NCBI RefSeq assembly: GCF_006345805.1
Contig: NC_042997.1
Span: forward strand, 133,238,001-133,302,000
DNA: 64,000 nt
From: Octopus sinensis
Lineage: Eukaryota
Direction of reading: 5' to 3'
In this document: positions 26,488-40,994 of the stretch, piece after piece
Layout: each line of letters starts with the position of its first letter
Position numbering within the stretch: position 1 is the first letter of the stretch
The notes under the pieces: model-generated
Seen by the model: only the letters and a program-made list of their open reading frames with translations
Databases searched by the model: none
What the model was told of the DNA's origin: nothing
Made by a program: the position numbers and the translations under genes

Positions 26488-27346
26488 CTTGAAATTGAGA
26501 AAGAGAATAAGAAAAAAGGCAAAACAAATCTTGGAGAAAAAGCACCAGCAATAGTGTTTTCTCTTCTAGAACGATGAAATATGCTATGAATGTATTCAGG
26601 CATTTCCACTCGTCAATGTAACAGTTTATTATTTTTAACTTGTGATGAATATTTGTTTTTAAAAATAAAATTAGTAACTTCTTAATATGTTAATAGTTGA
26701 AAAGGCTCTGCAAGTAATGTATTTTTAATACCTTCGATAGTTGCAAGTTTCAAGTTCAATCAAGTGATGTTTTGCTCATGATTAGTTAACGTCCTTGAAA
26801 AATTAGCTGTAGGACAATTATTGCGCAGCAATATGCCAACCAGATATGACCACCTGAGAAGTATTCATTTGTAATACAAATATTTCATATTCATCAAAAG
26901 TTCTGAATGTAGGCTTATGAATAGAACATTTGAGATTACTATATTGACGTTTTCATGACTCAGTTAATGAATAATGAGAAATTGATAATATTAGCTATAT
27001 TTTATCTTGATAATGTGGGAGCACCTGGAGCAGTACAAGAATATTTTAGCCGTCTTTGAAGTGATAGTTCTTTTATTAAAAGGATCACTCCTTAATGCTT
27101 CTAATCTCCTGATTTTAGTGTTCCATAAGACATTTTGTATTTCCAAAAAGTTTTTATATATAAATATATAAATATATATATACATATATACATATAACTT
27201 TCTCACCTATATATATATATATATATATATTTGTTTCTTTCTTTCTTAATTTTATATTCCTGAAGCTCTATCAGAGCGCTAATTAGTTGTGCAGTATATA
27301 AAGTGGATTACTATACTATTTACTTCTTCCTTTTATATATATGTAT

Positions 27347-27565
27347 AGGGCGGCGAGCTGGTGGAATCGTAAGCACGCCGAGCGAGATTCTAAGCGGTAT
27401 TTCGTCTGTCTTTACGTTCTACGTTCAGATTCCACCGAGGTAGCCTTTGCCTTTCATCCTTTCGAGGTCGATAAATTAAGTACCAGTTGCATACTGGGAT
27501 CAATCTAATCGACTGGCCTTCCTCCCTCAAAATTTCGGGCTTTGTGTATAGAGTAGAAAAGATTA
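27347..27565 (+). mobile_element. SINE family A monomer with aaaatttcgggctttgtg tail
   Basis: Family A consensus match. Confidence 0.87.
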
Positions 27566-27959
27566 TGTTTGTATGGATGGATGGATGGATTGATGGATGG
27601 ATGGATGTGTCAGTAGCCACCTTTCCTTTCTTAGTCGCTGCCTTCATCACCGCCTCGTGCGTGTGTGAGTTATATATACATTTCTTGTTTAAAGGAAGTA
27701 GAGAGACTTTAATAGTCATATTTTCTGATTCCCAGTCATTATTAGTAACATTATTAGTATATATGCAATCGTTGCACTTAGAGTTTTTCCATTACTTTCA
27801 AATAACGTGAAAAGTCTATATTTAGTATCTAATAAGACTTAGTAATAAGTTTGTATCAGGTCCAACCAGTGTAACTACTTTTATTTTGAGATATCATTTA
27901 CCAAATCTGGAATTAAAAACAAGAAATAGACGTCCGAAGGAGTAAGTTATTCAACAATT

Positions 27960-28458
<499 letters not shown>

Positions 28459-28699
28459 ATTTATGAACAATCTTTCACCATTGTTAATCTATTAAGCCTT
28501 TTCACAACTAAACTATTGCTATGTCCTTTAAACTAGTGGTTATTACCACCGAAATAAATTAATTATTTAACTTAACAGGTAGGCTAGGAATAGTAGTACT
28601 TATACAATTTTTTCAATACCTCGAAACACCTCTAAAGGGTAGAGATTGGTCCACAAATTGGGAGTGTTGGGGGAAGTTATAATGTATTCAATCTCTATA

Positions 28700-29260
28700 C
28701 TTTTGTGAAGATTAATTAAACTTTCTTACAACAATAAAGACACACAAAGACACTCCATTGTCCAAAAGTTGATGTTATAATAACGGTTATTATGAAAAGC
28801 AACGCAACACATATTGAGACATCTAACTACTTAGAGTGTGTCAAAGAAGCCGTATAGAAGTTGATTTAATATTGCTATTTCATGTTAATGACGAAAGAGG
28901 TGCGAATAAAATTTACTGTACTTCCTGAATTAATCAAAGTGTCAACGTCTTTATTAGTTATCGCTGATGTTATAATAGAAGAATATAAAACTGCTGTAAA
29001 TGTTGAACAAATGGCACTTGATGGCCTTATTATCAATACTAACAAAGTGCTTTTAAGTTGTAATCTAATTTTCTGCCACATGTGCTACGCCGCAACACAT
29101 CAGGAAAGAGACCAGTCTATTTGCACATAAGTCATAGAGTAGCGATTGATTCACCTGGTTTCTGACATTCAGGTGTTCTTTAACAAACGGCACCGTGTCG
29201 TTTTGGAATTTTTCCTGGACCAGATTCTGAAGCAAATTTGGCGTATAAACAAAGCACATA
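28700..29260 (-). mobile_element. Ty3/Gypsy gag-protease remnant
   Basis: VDTLINSGSTVNFIRTSFV is a degenerate LIDSGS aspartic protease site, preceded by a Cys/His-rich knuckle-like remnant. Confidence 0.5.
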
Positions 29261-29282
29261 GATTATGTACGTGCGACCAATA

Positions 29283-29339
<57 letters not shown>

Positions 29340-29349
29340 ATGCAATCGA

Positions 29350-29800
29350 CACCATTGAAAAAATATTAACCAGCGCAAGACTATATCCATTAACAAGGGA
29401 ACCAAAAATGCAGGCAGCCTAACTTTGCCACATGCCCCTACCTTTTGGAGGGTAGAGAGTTCCACTTTAAACAAGTTGAAATATTTAAGATAAAATCAAA
29501 TTTCACATGTTCCTTGGAAAACCCTAATCTATGCTTAGGGTGAGGAAATAACTATATTGGCCAAACAGGAATTTCAGTCCGACGAAGAACAACTCTTCAC
29601 AAAGAACAAATCCGCTACCCACAATACAGACAGATACAGGTCAGTGAACACATAGAAAGTTGTGCTAGAAACCTTAAACCCAACTTCAGAATTTTCTCTT
29701 TCTATAAATGTTCACGGAACACCTCATTACAGCAAAGAATAAATAAAGAGGCAGCTTTCATTAATAAATATCATCCACAACTCAAATGAACACACAACAT
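29350..29800 (+). mobile_element. Penelope-like element GIY-YIG endonuclease 3' fragment
   Basis: FTCSLEN-LIYA...NYIGQTGISVRRRTTLHKEQIR...VSEHIESC...RINKEAAFINKYHPQLK*. Confidence 0.85.
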
Positions 29801-30189
29801 AATACAGGACACTACTAACCTTACCAATATAACAATAATTTCCATATATCCCATACATCATTCATATTACAGTATTTATCTACCCTAATTACACCACTTC
29901 CAGAACTGCTTACCTCCCTTGTATGTAATCTTTTCACTCAGGAACTTTTAGGTGCGACACCGTTTGGAAATCGGTGTTCATTCAGTGTCAGAGAACAGCT
30001 TTTGACGATACCGGTATGACTCGGAATCTTCTTTAACAATTCATGATAATGACTTTTATACCTCTTAATTCTACATCAATTGAGCTAATTGTATATATAT
30101 ATCGTTACTTTTCATTAAAAAACCTTTATTTTTTAATATCCAGTGTGTATTGTCTCCTTTTTCTTTTTACTATTCCCCATATATATTTG

Positions 30190-30217
30190 TATATGTATAT
30201 ATGTATACATACATAGA

Positions 30218-30274
<57 letters not shown>

Positions 30275-30292
30275 TTATATATATATATATAT

Positions 30293-30348
<56 letters not shown>

Positions 30349-30677
30349 TACACACACATACACACACATGTTGTCAAATGCTCGAAATACGGGACTAGAA
30401 AAACACCCAACAGCTAATGAAGGACGCTCATTACGTTGTTTGTTTTGTTTTCCATTTGTGTCTTTCGTTGTTCGAAAGTATAGTTCGTGTTTCGTGTACT
30501 GTGCTTCATACTTTTGCGTTGTACACGTTTTGTGACGTCCTGTGCCCACATATGCATATATATATATATATACATGCGTATAGATGTAGGTATGCACATA
30601 TATGTGTGTGTGTATTTGTGTGTGTGTATGTATGTATGTATGTAGTATGTATGTATGTATGTATGTATGTATGTATG

Positions 30678-30718
<41 letters not shown>

Positions 30719-30742
30719 TTATATAAGTATGTATTATGTATG

Positions 30743-30824
<82 letters not shown>

Positions 30825-30866
30825 CATAGATAGATAGATAGATACATAGATAGATAGATAGATAGA
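30190..30866. repeat. (TA)n, (TATG)n and (GATA)n microsatellites with a short non-simple insert (30365-30545)
   Basis: Direct reading. Confidence 0.9.
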
Positions 30867-31591
30867 GTTATTAAACTTTTCCGAGAAGAGTATCAAGGGT
30901 GGCTTCGACGTTTCAGTGTGCTGAAGTTTGTTGGACTCTTCGATGGGAACTAGTAGCCTAAACTTCGAAGTCATTGTCACCTCTCTTCTTGTAAAGGCTA
31001 AATGTTTCGAGTGATTCTTCACTTTAATGTTAAATTATCTTTATTATACCTTGACATAAAAAGACTAATATGTACATGTAGGGGGCGCAGTTGTACGTAT
31101 ATATGTACGAGTGTAATACATGCATAGAACATATGCGTATACATATATATATATATACTCATTACAGATATAGGGTGAAAGATAATTAATTTAATAAAAT
31201 CAGCAAATTTCACCTAGTAGTATTTCGGTATGGAAAAGGACCATATTCGGTAAAAACTTATATAATTATAACAATAAGGGTTTTGCAACAAGTTGCTCGA
31301 AAATTCTAAAATTTTCGGTATGTGGTCGAGCAATTTGTTGCAAAACCCTTATTGTTATGATTGAAGGCGCATGGCTCAGCGGTTATAATTAAGAAACGAT
31401 CGTAGTGGATATCTTAATTATATTTAACTTATATAAAATTTTTTATGTATTGGATTAAGTCTTTCTTTGTTTGATTTGCATAATAGTGGTTTTGTCTCTA
31501 ATTAATATTATATTATATTTTACTATAAAATTGGATTCAATCCTAAATCTGATTTTTCCCTGTAAATTTGGATTTATTCCCTAATATTTAT

Positions 31592-31629
<38 letters not shown>

Positions 31630-31679
31630 TATATATACATACATATATATATATACATGCATATACATACAAATATATA

Positions 31680-31738
<59 letters not shown>

Positions 31739-31790
31739 GGTCAGTGAAAATTAGTGTTAAATAACGCACGGGAGGAAAAATATTATTATA

Positions 31791-31835
<45 letters not shown>

Positions 31836-31867
31836 ATGTATATTCTTACATATATGTATGTATACTT

Positions 31868-31929
<62 letters not shown>

Positions 31930-32496
31930 ATATATAAACATAATTATATTTATACATACATAAGTATAAACATAATTATATGCATTCATATACAAGTACG
32001 TGTGTGTGTGTGTTACATACACGTTACTACAAATGCAGAAACCAAGTGTTTCCGACATACTACTTCTGTTATAACGTACTTAAAACATTTTTATCACAGA
32101 CTGATAAACTCATTATTAATATATTAAGACCTGTCAAAGCAACATTGAATAATACGTGTTAAATTTTAATAGACAACAATAAAGCATATGTAATTACTAT
32201 CTGTTCTTGAATTTTGTCGCGTATAAATGCATTTAAATTATCAAAGCAGGAGTGAAAATCTAAGGATAATTTTTATGTTGCATCTGCTGGAAATGTATTG
32301 GAAAATTATGAAAGTAAAGCAATGATAGTTAAATGTTATTGTTTTGGCAATAATTCCGTACATACAGAATGAATGTGATACACACACACAAACATACACA
32401 TACTCACACACACACATACTCACACACACACACAAACATAAATACACACACACACACACACGCACATAAACACATATATATTTATTTATTCTTGTG

Positions 32497-32708
32497 TTCT
32501 TTTATTTGTTTCAGTCATTTAACTGTGGCCATCCTGGAGCACCGCCTTTAATCGAGCAAATCGACCCCAGGACTTATTCTTTGTGAGACTAGTACTTATT
32601 CCATCGACGCCCTTTGCCAAATCGCCAAGTTACGGTGACACAAACACACTAACAACGGTTGTCAAGCGATGGTGGACACACACACACACACACGCGCACA
32701 CACACACA

Positions 32709-32790
<82 letters not shown>

Positions 32791-32950
32791 GCTTCTTTCC
32801 AGTTTCCGTCTACCAAATCCACCCATAAGGCTTTAGTCGCCCCGAAGCTATAGCAGAAGACACTTGCCCAAGTTACCACGCAGTGGGACTGAACCCGGGA
32901 CCATGTGGCTGGTAAGCAAGCTACTTACCACACAGACACTCCTGCGCCTA
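32497..32950 (-). mobile_element. CORE-type SINE, complete
   Basis: Reverse complement of the 56034-56445 architecture. Confidence 0.87.
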
Positions 32951-33428
32951 TATATAAACTAAGGTGAGCTGGGTGTGAAGTTGGGGTATTTCCAGGGAAG
33001 AACTCAACCCGAATACTGGGCTATCAACCCTGTCGTGATCCAAGCCAAATCTGGAATACTTCTGGTGCAGAAAGTCCAAGTTTCACGACGATTTTACCGT
33101 CATATGGTTTGGCGAAGAGTAAATGGTCCAATGAAAATAAGACAAAGAAAATTCTTTAACACATCTTTAATTATCGGCTGCAAATGTTTCCGTACTATCT
33201 CCATTTTCAACGCCAGTTTACGCGAACATTCTAAAAGAAAACTCACGTAATATTTGCAGTTTTAGGCATTTTTGTTAGGTAATTGCCTGCATTTTCCTAA
33301 CAAGGTCTGATAGACGCAAAATGTAATAGCGCGTTTTGATGCAGTCTGAGAAAGTGCCTCTCCAATGATTAAAGCCGCAAATATTACGTCCCATTTTTTA
33401 TTAGAATTCTTTTCATTGCGTGTATGTT

Positions 33429-33510
<82 letters not shown>

Positions 33511-33730
33511 TGAAACAGGTTTTAAAGAAAAAAGAGCACACGTAGTGTAATTAAGTAAAAAGTAAAAAGAAACAAAGAAAATGCGCACTCGGTATGAATG
33601 TAATGGCTTTTTAAAAAAAACAAATGAGAAGTTATATTAAGTTATATTAAGAAGTATAAAAATCATTATAAAATGTCATGCCAGTTTCGTTACTGCATTT
33701 ATTCATTATGCGCGGAATTATCTTGCAAAA

Positions 33731-33811
<81 letters not shown>

Positions 33812-33959
33812 TCGTTTTGCAAGATTCTTGATGTGAATTCCTGTTTTGAAACAGATATTGTTGTATTTGGGGATGGTCATGTTGCCAGTTTAACCAGTGA
33901 AAGCGCACGCACACGCACTATATATTTGGTGTTCACTTGCTTTAGTTTTATTTCATATT

Positions 33960-36100
33960 AATTGTATTTCGGCCAGAGTTCTTTCGTCACACTTCTGTGA
34001 CCTAATTAGTGCTTCTTTGCTTTCTTCTTTTTTGGGGGGTTTCTGCTTCCTAACGATCTGCCATTTTGTATTCCTGTTGTACGTGTCTTTATTTGCGCAT
34101 GCGTATATGCCTGTGTCTGTCTATGTTTAGAAAGTGTGTGTGTGAGTGGGGGGAATGTGTATGGTACCTGCATTATCAGTATCCCTTGTTTATTCACGTT
34201 CGTTAAATTTATTTGATTTATTTTATTCATTTATTTTTATCTACTTACTATTTCATTTCTTTCTTTTTTGTATTAATTTAATTTATTATATTTTGTATAT
34301 GTATATTATTATTTAATTCCATTTATTTATCAGTCTATTGTATTAGTTTCATATTATTATTCGTTTATGGGGATCTTATTCAGTCACTGGTTGTGGTGTG
34401 TGAGGGTATGTGCTAGTATTCCATTCTAGTTTTCTATTTAGGCTAGGTTTATCTTCTATGATGTGTAGCTTCCGTAATTTGTCTAAGCGTTGCGCCCGTT
34501 CTATGTGTGGACAAGATTTTACCCTCTATGTTGTTGACTGAGCCCTTGTATTCCCGCTCGGCATGCTTGTATAGAACCGATGAGCTCTTCCTTATGTTCC
34601 CTCCAATACTCATTTACCCGCTTTCGTATGCTCCGTGCTGTCTCCCCTGCGTACATCGTCTTATTTCTGCACCGTCCTTCTGTACATCTTATACTATAGA
34701 CTGCATTCCTAGCTCTACCGTTTGTTTGTGGACTAAATCTACATACAATATAGTTTCTATCAGTACAGGAGGTTCTGTTATAAGTGTAGGTTCTACCGAT
34801 TAGGGATTTTATAGGATTGCCTGGCCTTTCTACAATCTTAATTCTTAGCTTAAGCTTGTCAAGGGCCCTTCAAAAGCTCTACACCAGTTTGCCTCTGGGA
34901 ATGGTGTCGATGGACACGGCACTCTGGTATTTGTGGCTATCATACCATGAAATGACCTTCCTTATTTTCTTCTTAGTCCTTTCAATGGTATTCCATGGCT
35001 TGCTCCTATAGAGTGGGAAAATCCCATTCCTATCGTTACGCATGTTAGTTTCAAATTTCCTCATGGCTCCCTTATATACGCTGATCCTTTCTCTATGGCT
35101 ATATCGTGAGAACTGCATGCGGTGAACGAAGTGTTCTATGTGTCTCTTTAACACTGTAGGGTCGCACATGCGGGACACATTTCTCGTTACTCTGATGAGG
35201 TCGCCATCAATATATTGAATTTAGCATCGTCCGTGATAGCTGAGTTCTAGCGGATCAGGTATTTGGTGGCCATAGGTTTGGCATGGTGTGGATGGAGGAT
35301 TTGGGTTTTATTATTTACTATTTCCAGTCCTGTATCTAGTACTGGTAATCTATGTTTAGAGCGTTTCGTAGGGTAGTCTATCGTGGCCTTAATACTCTGG
35401 TGGATGGAGTTAGCTACTTGCTGGATGCTCTCCATAGTATTAGTTTCTATTTCTATTTCCCGGGTACTCTCTTGTGGGAGTGCCTTTACCACTATGTTGA
35501 TATCATCAACATAGCGAGAGTACATGCTCATGAGTATGGAGTTCTGTGCCAAGCGCTCTTTAAGCCTCCTGTCCCTCCCCATACCATGAAAAAGTTGGCC
35601 ACATCACCAGCGATGCTAATCCCGATGGCCGACCCCTCATCCTGGGCGTATGTTTTGTTGTTAAACTTAAACATCTGGCCTTTAGGGTAACTCTTATACT
35701 AGATCCTAGTGCATGTGCGATAATTTTCTTTACTTGATATTGGTTTTCGGGGGTCCGTATGGTTTTGGTCCATCCGTCCCATCTCTCTGTAGGAATCTTC
35801 GATAGACAATGGAATTAAATACTTATATACACAAAACAAAATATAAATTAAATTAAATTGATACCAAAAAAAAAGAAAGAAATGAAAAAATAGATAAAAA
35901 CAAATGAATAAAATAAATAAAAGTAAATTAAACGCACATGAATAAAGAAGGGATACTGATAATGCAGATACCATATACTGATAATGCAGGTACTAAACAC
36001 TTAAAGACACATACAACAAGAATAGAAAATGGCAGATCGTTAAGAAGGAGAGACACAAAGAAAGAAAGAAGAAAGCAAAGGACCACTGATGAGGTCTATT
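33960..36100 (-). mobile_element. Penelope-like element (RT + C-terminal GIY-YIG, Neptune-like linker), 5'-truncated, with inverted pseudo-LTR
   Basis: Minus strand: GSAIGISIAGDVANFFMVW, YSRYVDDINIVV, DYP..RLPVLD, KPMAT, SCTDRNYIVC linker, NAVYSIRC..MYAGETARSIRKRVNE. 34000-34330 is repeated inverted at 35800-36100. Confidence 0.88.
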
Positions 36101-36129
36101 AATTATTCTAAATTAATAAGAGAACACAT

Positions 36130-36245
36130 ATAAATACATACATACATACATAAATACATACATAATACATACATACATACATACATACATACATACATAC
36201 ATACATACATACATACATACATACATACATACATACATACATACG
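36130..36245. repeat. (CATA)n microsatellite
   Basis: Direct reading. Confidence 0.97.
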
Positions 36246-36269
36246 TATGTATGAAAGAAAACATTACCA

Positions 36270-38810
36270 TTAAGAAAGCTTCCACCCAAGATCTACAATA
36301 ATTCTGGTCAAAAATTTGGAACGAAAGAGAGATTTCAAGCTGTATGCATCATGATTAAATACAATTGAGAGAGAATACTGTAACAACAGTAACAGTAAAA
36401 CATACAAAATTGATGCAGAATCCTTCTCTACAGCAGTAGACAAACTGCAGAATGGGAGGGCACCTGGAAGGGACCTAATAGTTGGATATTGTACAAGAAA
36501 CTGACATTTTATAGAAACCAATTGATATTTATGTTCAAAAGGACTATGGAAGGTCAGACTGATATACTAAATTGGCTTCCTACAGTAAGGTCAAAATCTT
36601 GTTGCCAAAAATGAAATCACCGAAATGGCAAGAAACTACAGGCCCATTGCTTACCTAAACATTATGCACAAACTGTACACAAGTTGCCTCAAGGACCATT
36701 GTGAGTCGAACAACATTGTGACTAATGAACAGACTGGTGGAAAGAAGGGAGTGTGGGGATGTGCCGAACAAATTTTAATGAACAAAGTTCTTCTGTCTGA
36801 AGTAAGAGAACAACGTAGAAACCTTGTGACAGTATGGCTTGACTATGAGAAGGCATTCGACTCTGACCTTCATTCATGGATACATCTGGCAAAAGTTCCT
36901 ACTACCTAAATTGTTGTTATAGAGAAACTCACAAAGATATGAACAACAATTCTTACCATTACAACTGAGAACAGAATAATTGTTTCTGATAGTACAGGCA
37001 TTTCAAAGGGAATATTCCGGGGAGATAGTCTTTCTCTACTTCTTTTCATTCTGGCACTGAATCCATTATCCTACTGCAGAAAACAAATGGTTACATGCTA
37101 GGATCTTCAACTGCTAGAAATATCAATGTGATTCATAATTTCTTTGTAGACGGCCTTAAAATTTATGATAAAAGTGTTAACAATGCCAAAAAAACAATTG
37201 GAATTAATAACAACATTTTCAGTTGATATAGGCATGGAATTTGGCCAAAAGAAATGTTCATATTTGATTATAAAACGAGGAAAATTACTCTCCAAAACCC
37301 AAAACCTGTGCATCAACAGTCTCTCTATCTCCCCCATTCCATGCAATGAATGTTTCAAGTACCTAGGTATGGACGAAAACATATCATATGAAGGCACTGT
37401 GTATAAAAATAGAGTGACCCGAGAATATTACACCAGACTTAAGAAAATATGACAGTTGGAATCCTCCTCTTACAACAAAACAATATCTTACAGTGCATTT
37501 ACAGGACCAGTGCTGATCCCAACATTTGGGATATTTGATTGGACTGTAGAAGAAATCCACTCCATAGATGTCAAAATCCGAAAAATCCTGACAACTGGGA
37601 ACTTCCACAGAAACAGTGATGTTGACAGGCTCTACCTAAGAAGAAATGAAGGTGGTAGAGACCTAAGATCATTGCAGACAGCCTTCGAGTGCCGTATGGC
37701 ATCATTCAGGCAGCAATTGCTAAACAACAGCAGCAAAAATAAATACATAAATACAGTACTGAAAAGTGAAGTGGGCAACATTGAACGAGTTGGCAGTGAG
37801 TTCCTCAAGAAGCACTCTCTTCCTGATGATCTTCTATACAGCCCCAAAACAGCTGGGCTCTCTTACCTAAGAGAAAACCTGGATGGAAAGCACTCAACAT
37901 AAAAAAGAAAGACTATGCATGTGCATGTTGCCCAGAAACTTGAAGTCAACGATAGAATTAACACGAAGCGCAGCCTGTCTTGGATACAAGACCACTACAT
38001 CAAAATACACTTTGAAGGTTATGCATTTGCAATCCGGGAACAAGAGTTTGCAACAAAGTACCTGGTGAACAATAAAGACAGTGACGTTCTTGTAATCCCA
38101 AGGTACAAACGCATGTGTAGGCTATATCATGTTTCTGTGGAAGTTATCACGCATGTGATTAGCAGCTGTCCTAAAATGTCGTCACGGTACTACCTCCCTA
38201 TGCAGCACGATGTTTTTGCTAAAACAATTTACAATGCCATTCGCAAAAAAGACTGAGCTTAGAAAATCCCTCTGTTGTGGAATACATTCATAGACACTAA
38301 CCACTAACTCAAGGAATATTGGTGGAATATTTCCATCAAAACGTCTGTCCAATCTAAAAATAACAGGTCGGATGTTATTGTTTGGAACAAGAGGCAAAGG
38401 TATGTACCATCATAGAGGTCAGCTGCCCTTCAGAAATAAATAACTCTTTGAAAATCAAAGAAAAAGAAGATATCTATGGACAAATGCTTCGAAACTTCCA
38501 GCTTCTATATCCAGACTATGAATTCATATTCATACCAATAATAATTGTAGCACTAGACGTTGTTAGTAAATGCTTAAAGGAGAATCTAGATAAAGTGGGA
38601 TTTTCAGAAAGCGAAATCGACCGGTTAATTCGTATATTACAAGTGCAATCTGTGCGTAGTACAGTAAAAATATGCAAGACTTTTCTCAAGTTGCAAATGT
38701 GAATTTGTCTGTGTTAATTACAACTCAAAATTGGAGACTTGTATCTTTGTTGGAAACCGACTCCCTCCTCGGTGGAAGATTTATAATAAAAAAAATAGAA
38801 GAGACATACA
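36270..38810 (+). mobile_element. RLE (R4-like) LINE, 5'-truncated and decayed, (CATA)n-associated family, copy 2
   Basis: NYRPIAYLNIMHKL, EQTGGKKGVWGCAEQ, VWLDYEKAFDS, GIFRGDSLSLLLFILALNPL, FVDGLK, FKYLG, RLYLRRNEGGR, CRLY..HVISSC..HD, NRSDVIVW, IEVSCP, C-terminal VQSVRSTVKICKTFLKLQM*. Followed by catacatacat. Confidence 0.9.
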
Positions 38811-38899
38811 TACATAAATACCTACATACATACACATATCCACATACATTAATGCATGCATATATACTAGTGCGCACACACACACACATATATACATAC

Positions 38900-39250
38900 A
38901 TACATACATTATTGCATTAAGTACCAACATATTTGTACCAACATATTATTAAGTACCAACATATTTGCACAAAAGAAAACTAGAAATACTCGGCTTCACG
39001 GAGAAAGAGCAAAAAAATAAAACTGACGCGAATCCTCTAATTCCAATCTATTAAGTGGCACAGGGAAGATTTGTAAGACATTACAAAAATTCTCCATCTG
39101 AGATTGTTATATGAATAGATGCACACACTTGAGTGTAGGCATCTACAGTTCCGCCAGCACACCAACTCAACTACATATTAACGTCTTTTTGTTGGCGACC
39201 GCCTTGAACTCTTGCAAGAAAGGCTTTAATAAAAAAACTCATACATACAT
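38900..39250 (+). mobile_element. RLE LINE 3' fragment, (CATA)n-associated family, copy 3
   Basis: Frameshifted GFTEKEQ..LTRIL*FQSI.SGTGKICKTLQKF aligns with GFSESEIDRLIRILQVQSVRSTVKICKTFLKL. Ends aaaaaactCATACATACATACATA. Confidence 0.65.
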
Positions 39251-39954
39251 ACATATTCTGTGTCAAAATAAAAGTGGAATTTAACCAGTCGACAAAATAT
39301 TGACCAGAGTTATATAAAACAGACTGTAATAAGTATTAAGAATAGCATGAAGGATAAGAACTCTTGAAGTTGTTGATGAAGCAAGGCTGCAATCCAATAA
39401 CTGAAACCAGCAACAAAATAAAAGAATAGTTTCTCCCGAGTAGGGCTGACTTGGAGCTAAACAATAATGAATAGCAACAATTCCAAGAAAAAATGGAAAT
39501 GAAGGAAATGATTTCGTAACTGGAAGAGACTGATACATTAGCATTTTATTGAGAGAGAAATAACAAAAGTGATTTTGAAAAATATATATGAAAATATGTT
39601 CATAAACATGGAATATGCTAAATAAAAGTAAAGCTAAAAGTAAGAATAAAAATGGAAATGATGAAGTCATGAGAGAAAAACACGAAGTTAGTATCGAAAA
39701 CATGTTGTTTATTCCGTATTCTTCAAAGAAACCACACGAGTGGAGTACGCTAGGGAAGGTTAGTTGTGGCTCAGGAAACGCTATCTGAAGAAGGAAATTG
39801 ATGCACTATTGCTAAGAGAAAATGTTGAAAATAAAAATTTCTACAAAATACGACAAAAATTTACAACTACTTGAAATTCAAGAACAAATGAATGATAAAT
39901 AAAAATGTATTGTAAAGTGATGTAATCCTGCACTAGAATGTCTGTAAAAGAATA

Positions 39955-40160
<206 letters not shown>

Positions 40161-40693
40161 ATGAATTTCCATGCGTTGAGAAAAGAAGTTATTTAAATTG
40201 CACCAGTTAAGGTAAGACATCAGAATATGCAAAATACAGTAACTTCGAGATATTTCTTTATTCAACGAATGTGAACTAAAACACAAATCAGATTATAGTG
40301 AATTTAGATAAAATTTAGATAGAATGCAATGACTGTTAAAACAATATTCCACGTGACCTTGCTTTATTTTTTTGTTTTTGCCTTTATACTATTCACCGAT
40401 GTCTGTGTAATGGTGGTTGTGTAACTGAGCATTAGTGGGTTGTAGGTTCGATTCTTACTCTGTTTTTCTGTAATAATTTATAACGATTTAAATTTGTGTA
40501 ATGGGTAGACGTGTGAAGGGATGTTTTAAATTAAGAAGTTACATAACCTTATGTACCTATAACGTTAGGTACAAATGAGAATTTATATCCAGCTGTAAGA
40601 TTTTCATTAGTTCACTATAAATGTTCTCTTTTCCCTGAACTTTTGATGCTACTTTCACATTTCTTATTAATATATGAAATCTGTACACTACTA

Positions 40694-40925
40694 AGGCGGC
40701 GAGCTGGCAGAAACGTTAGAACGCCGGGCGAAATGCTTAGCGGTATTTCGTCTGCCGTTACGTTCTGAGTTCAAATTTCGCCAAAGTCGACTTTGCCTTT
40801 CATCCTTTCGGGGTCGATAAATTAAGTACCAGTTACTCACTGGGGTCGATGTAATCGACTTAATCCGTTTGTCTGTCCTTGTTTGTCTCCTCTATGTTTA
40901 GCTCCTTGTGGGCAATAAAGAAATA
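40694..40925 (+). mobile_element. SINE family A monomer with ..ttgtgggcaataaagaaata tail
   Basis: Close match to the family A consensus. Confidence 0.9.
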
Positions 40926-40957
40926 TACACGAAATCTGTACACCACCTCAAAATTTT

Positions 40958-40994
<37 letters not shown>

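Noticed and set aside
27860-27941. Possible 82-nt exon ending at GA|GTAAGT
   Set aside because: Mediocre acceptor, unrecognised peptide, expected by chance in 64 kb.
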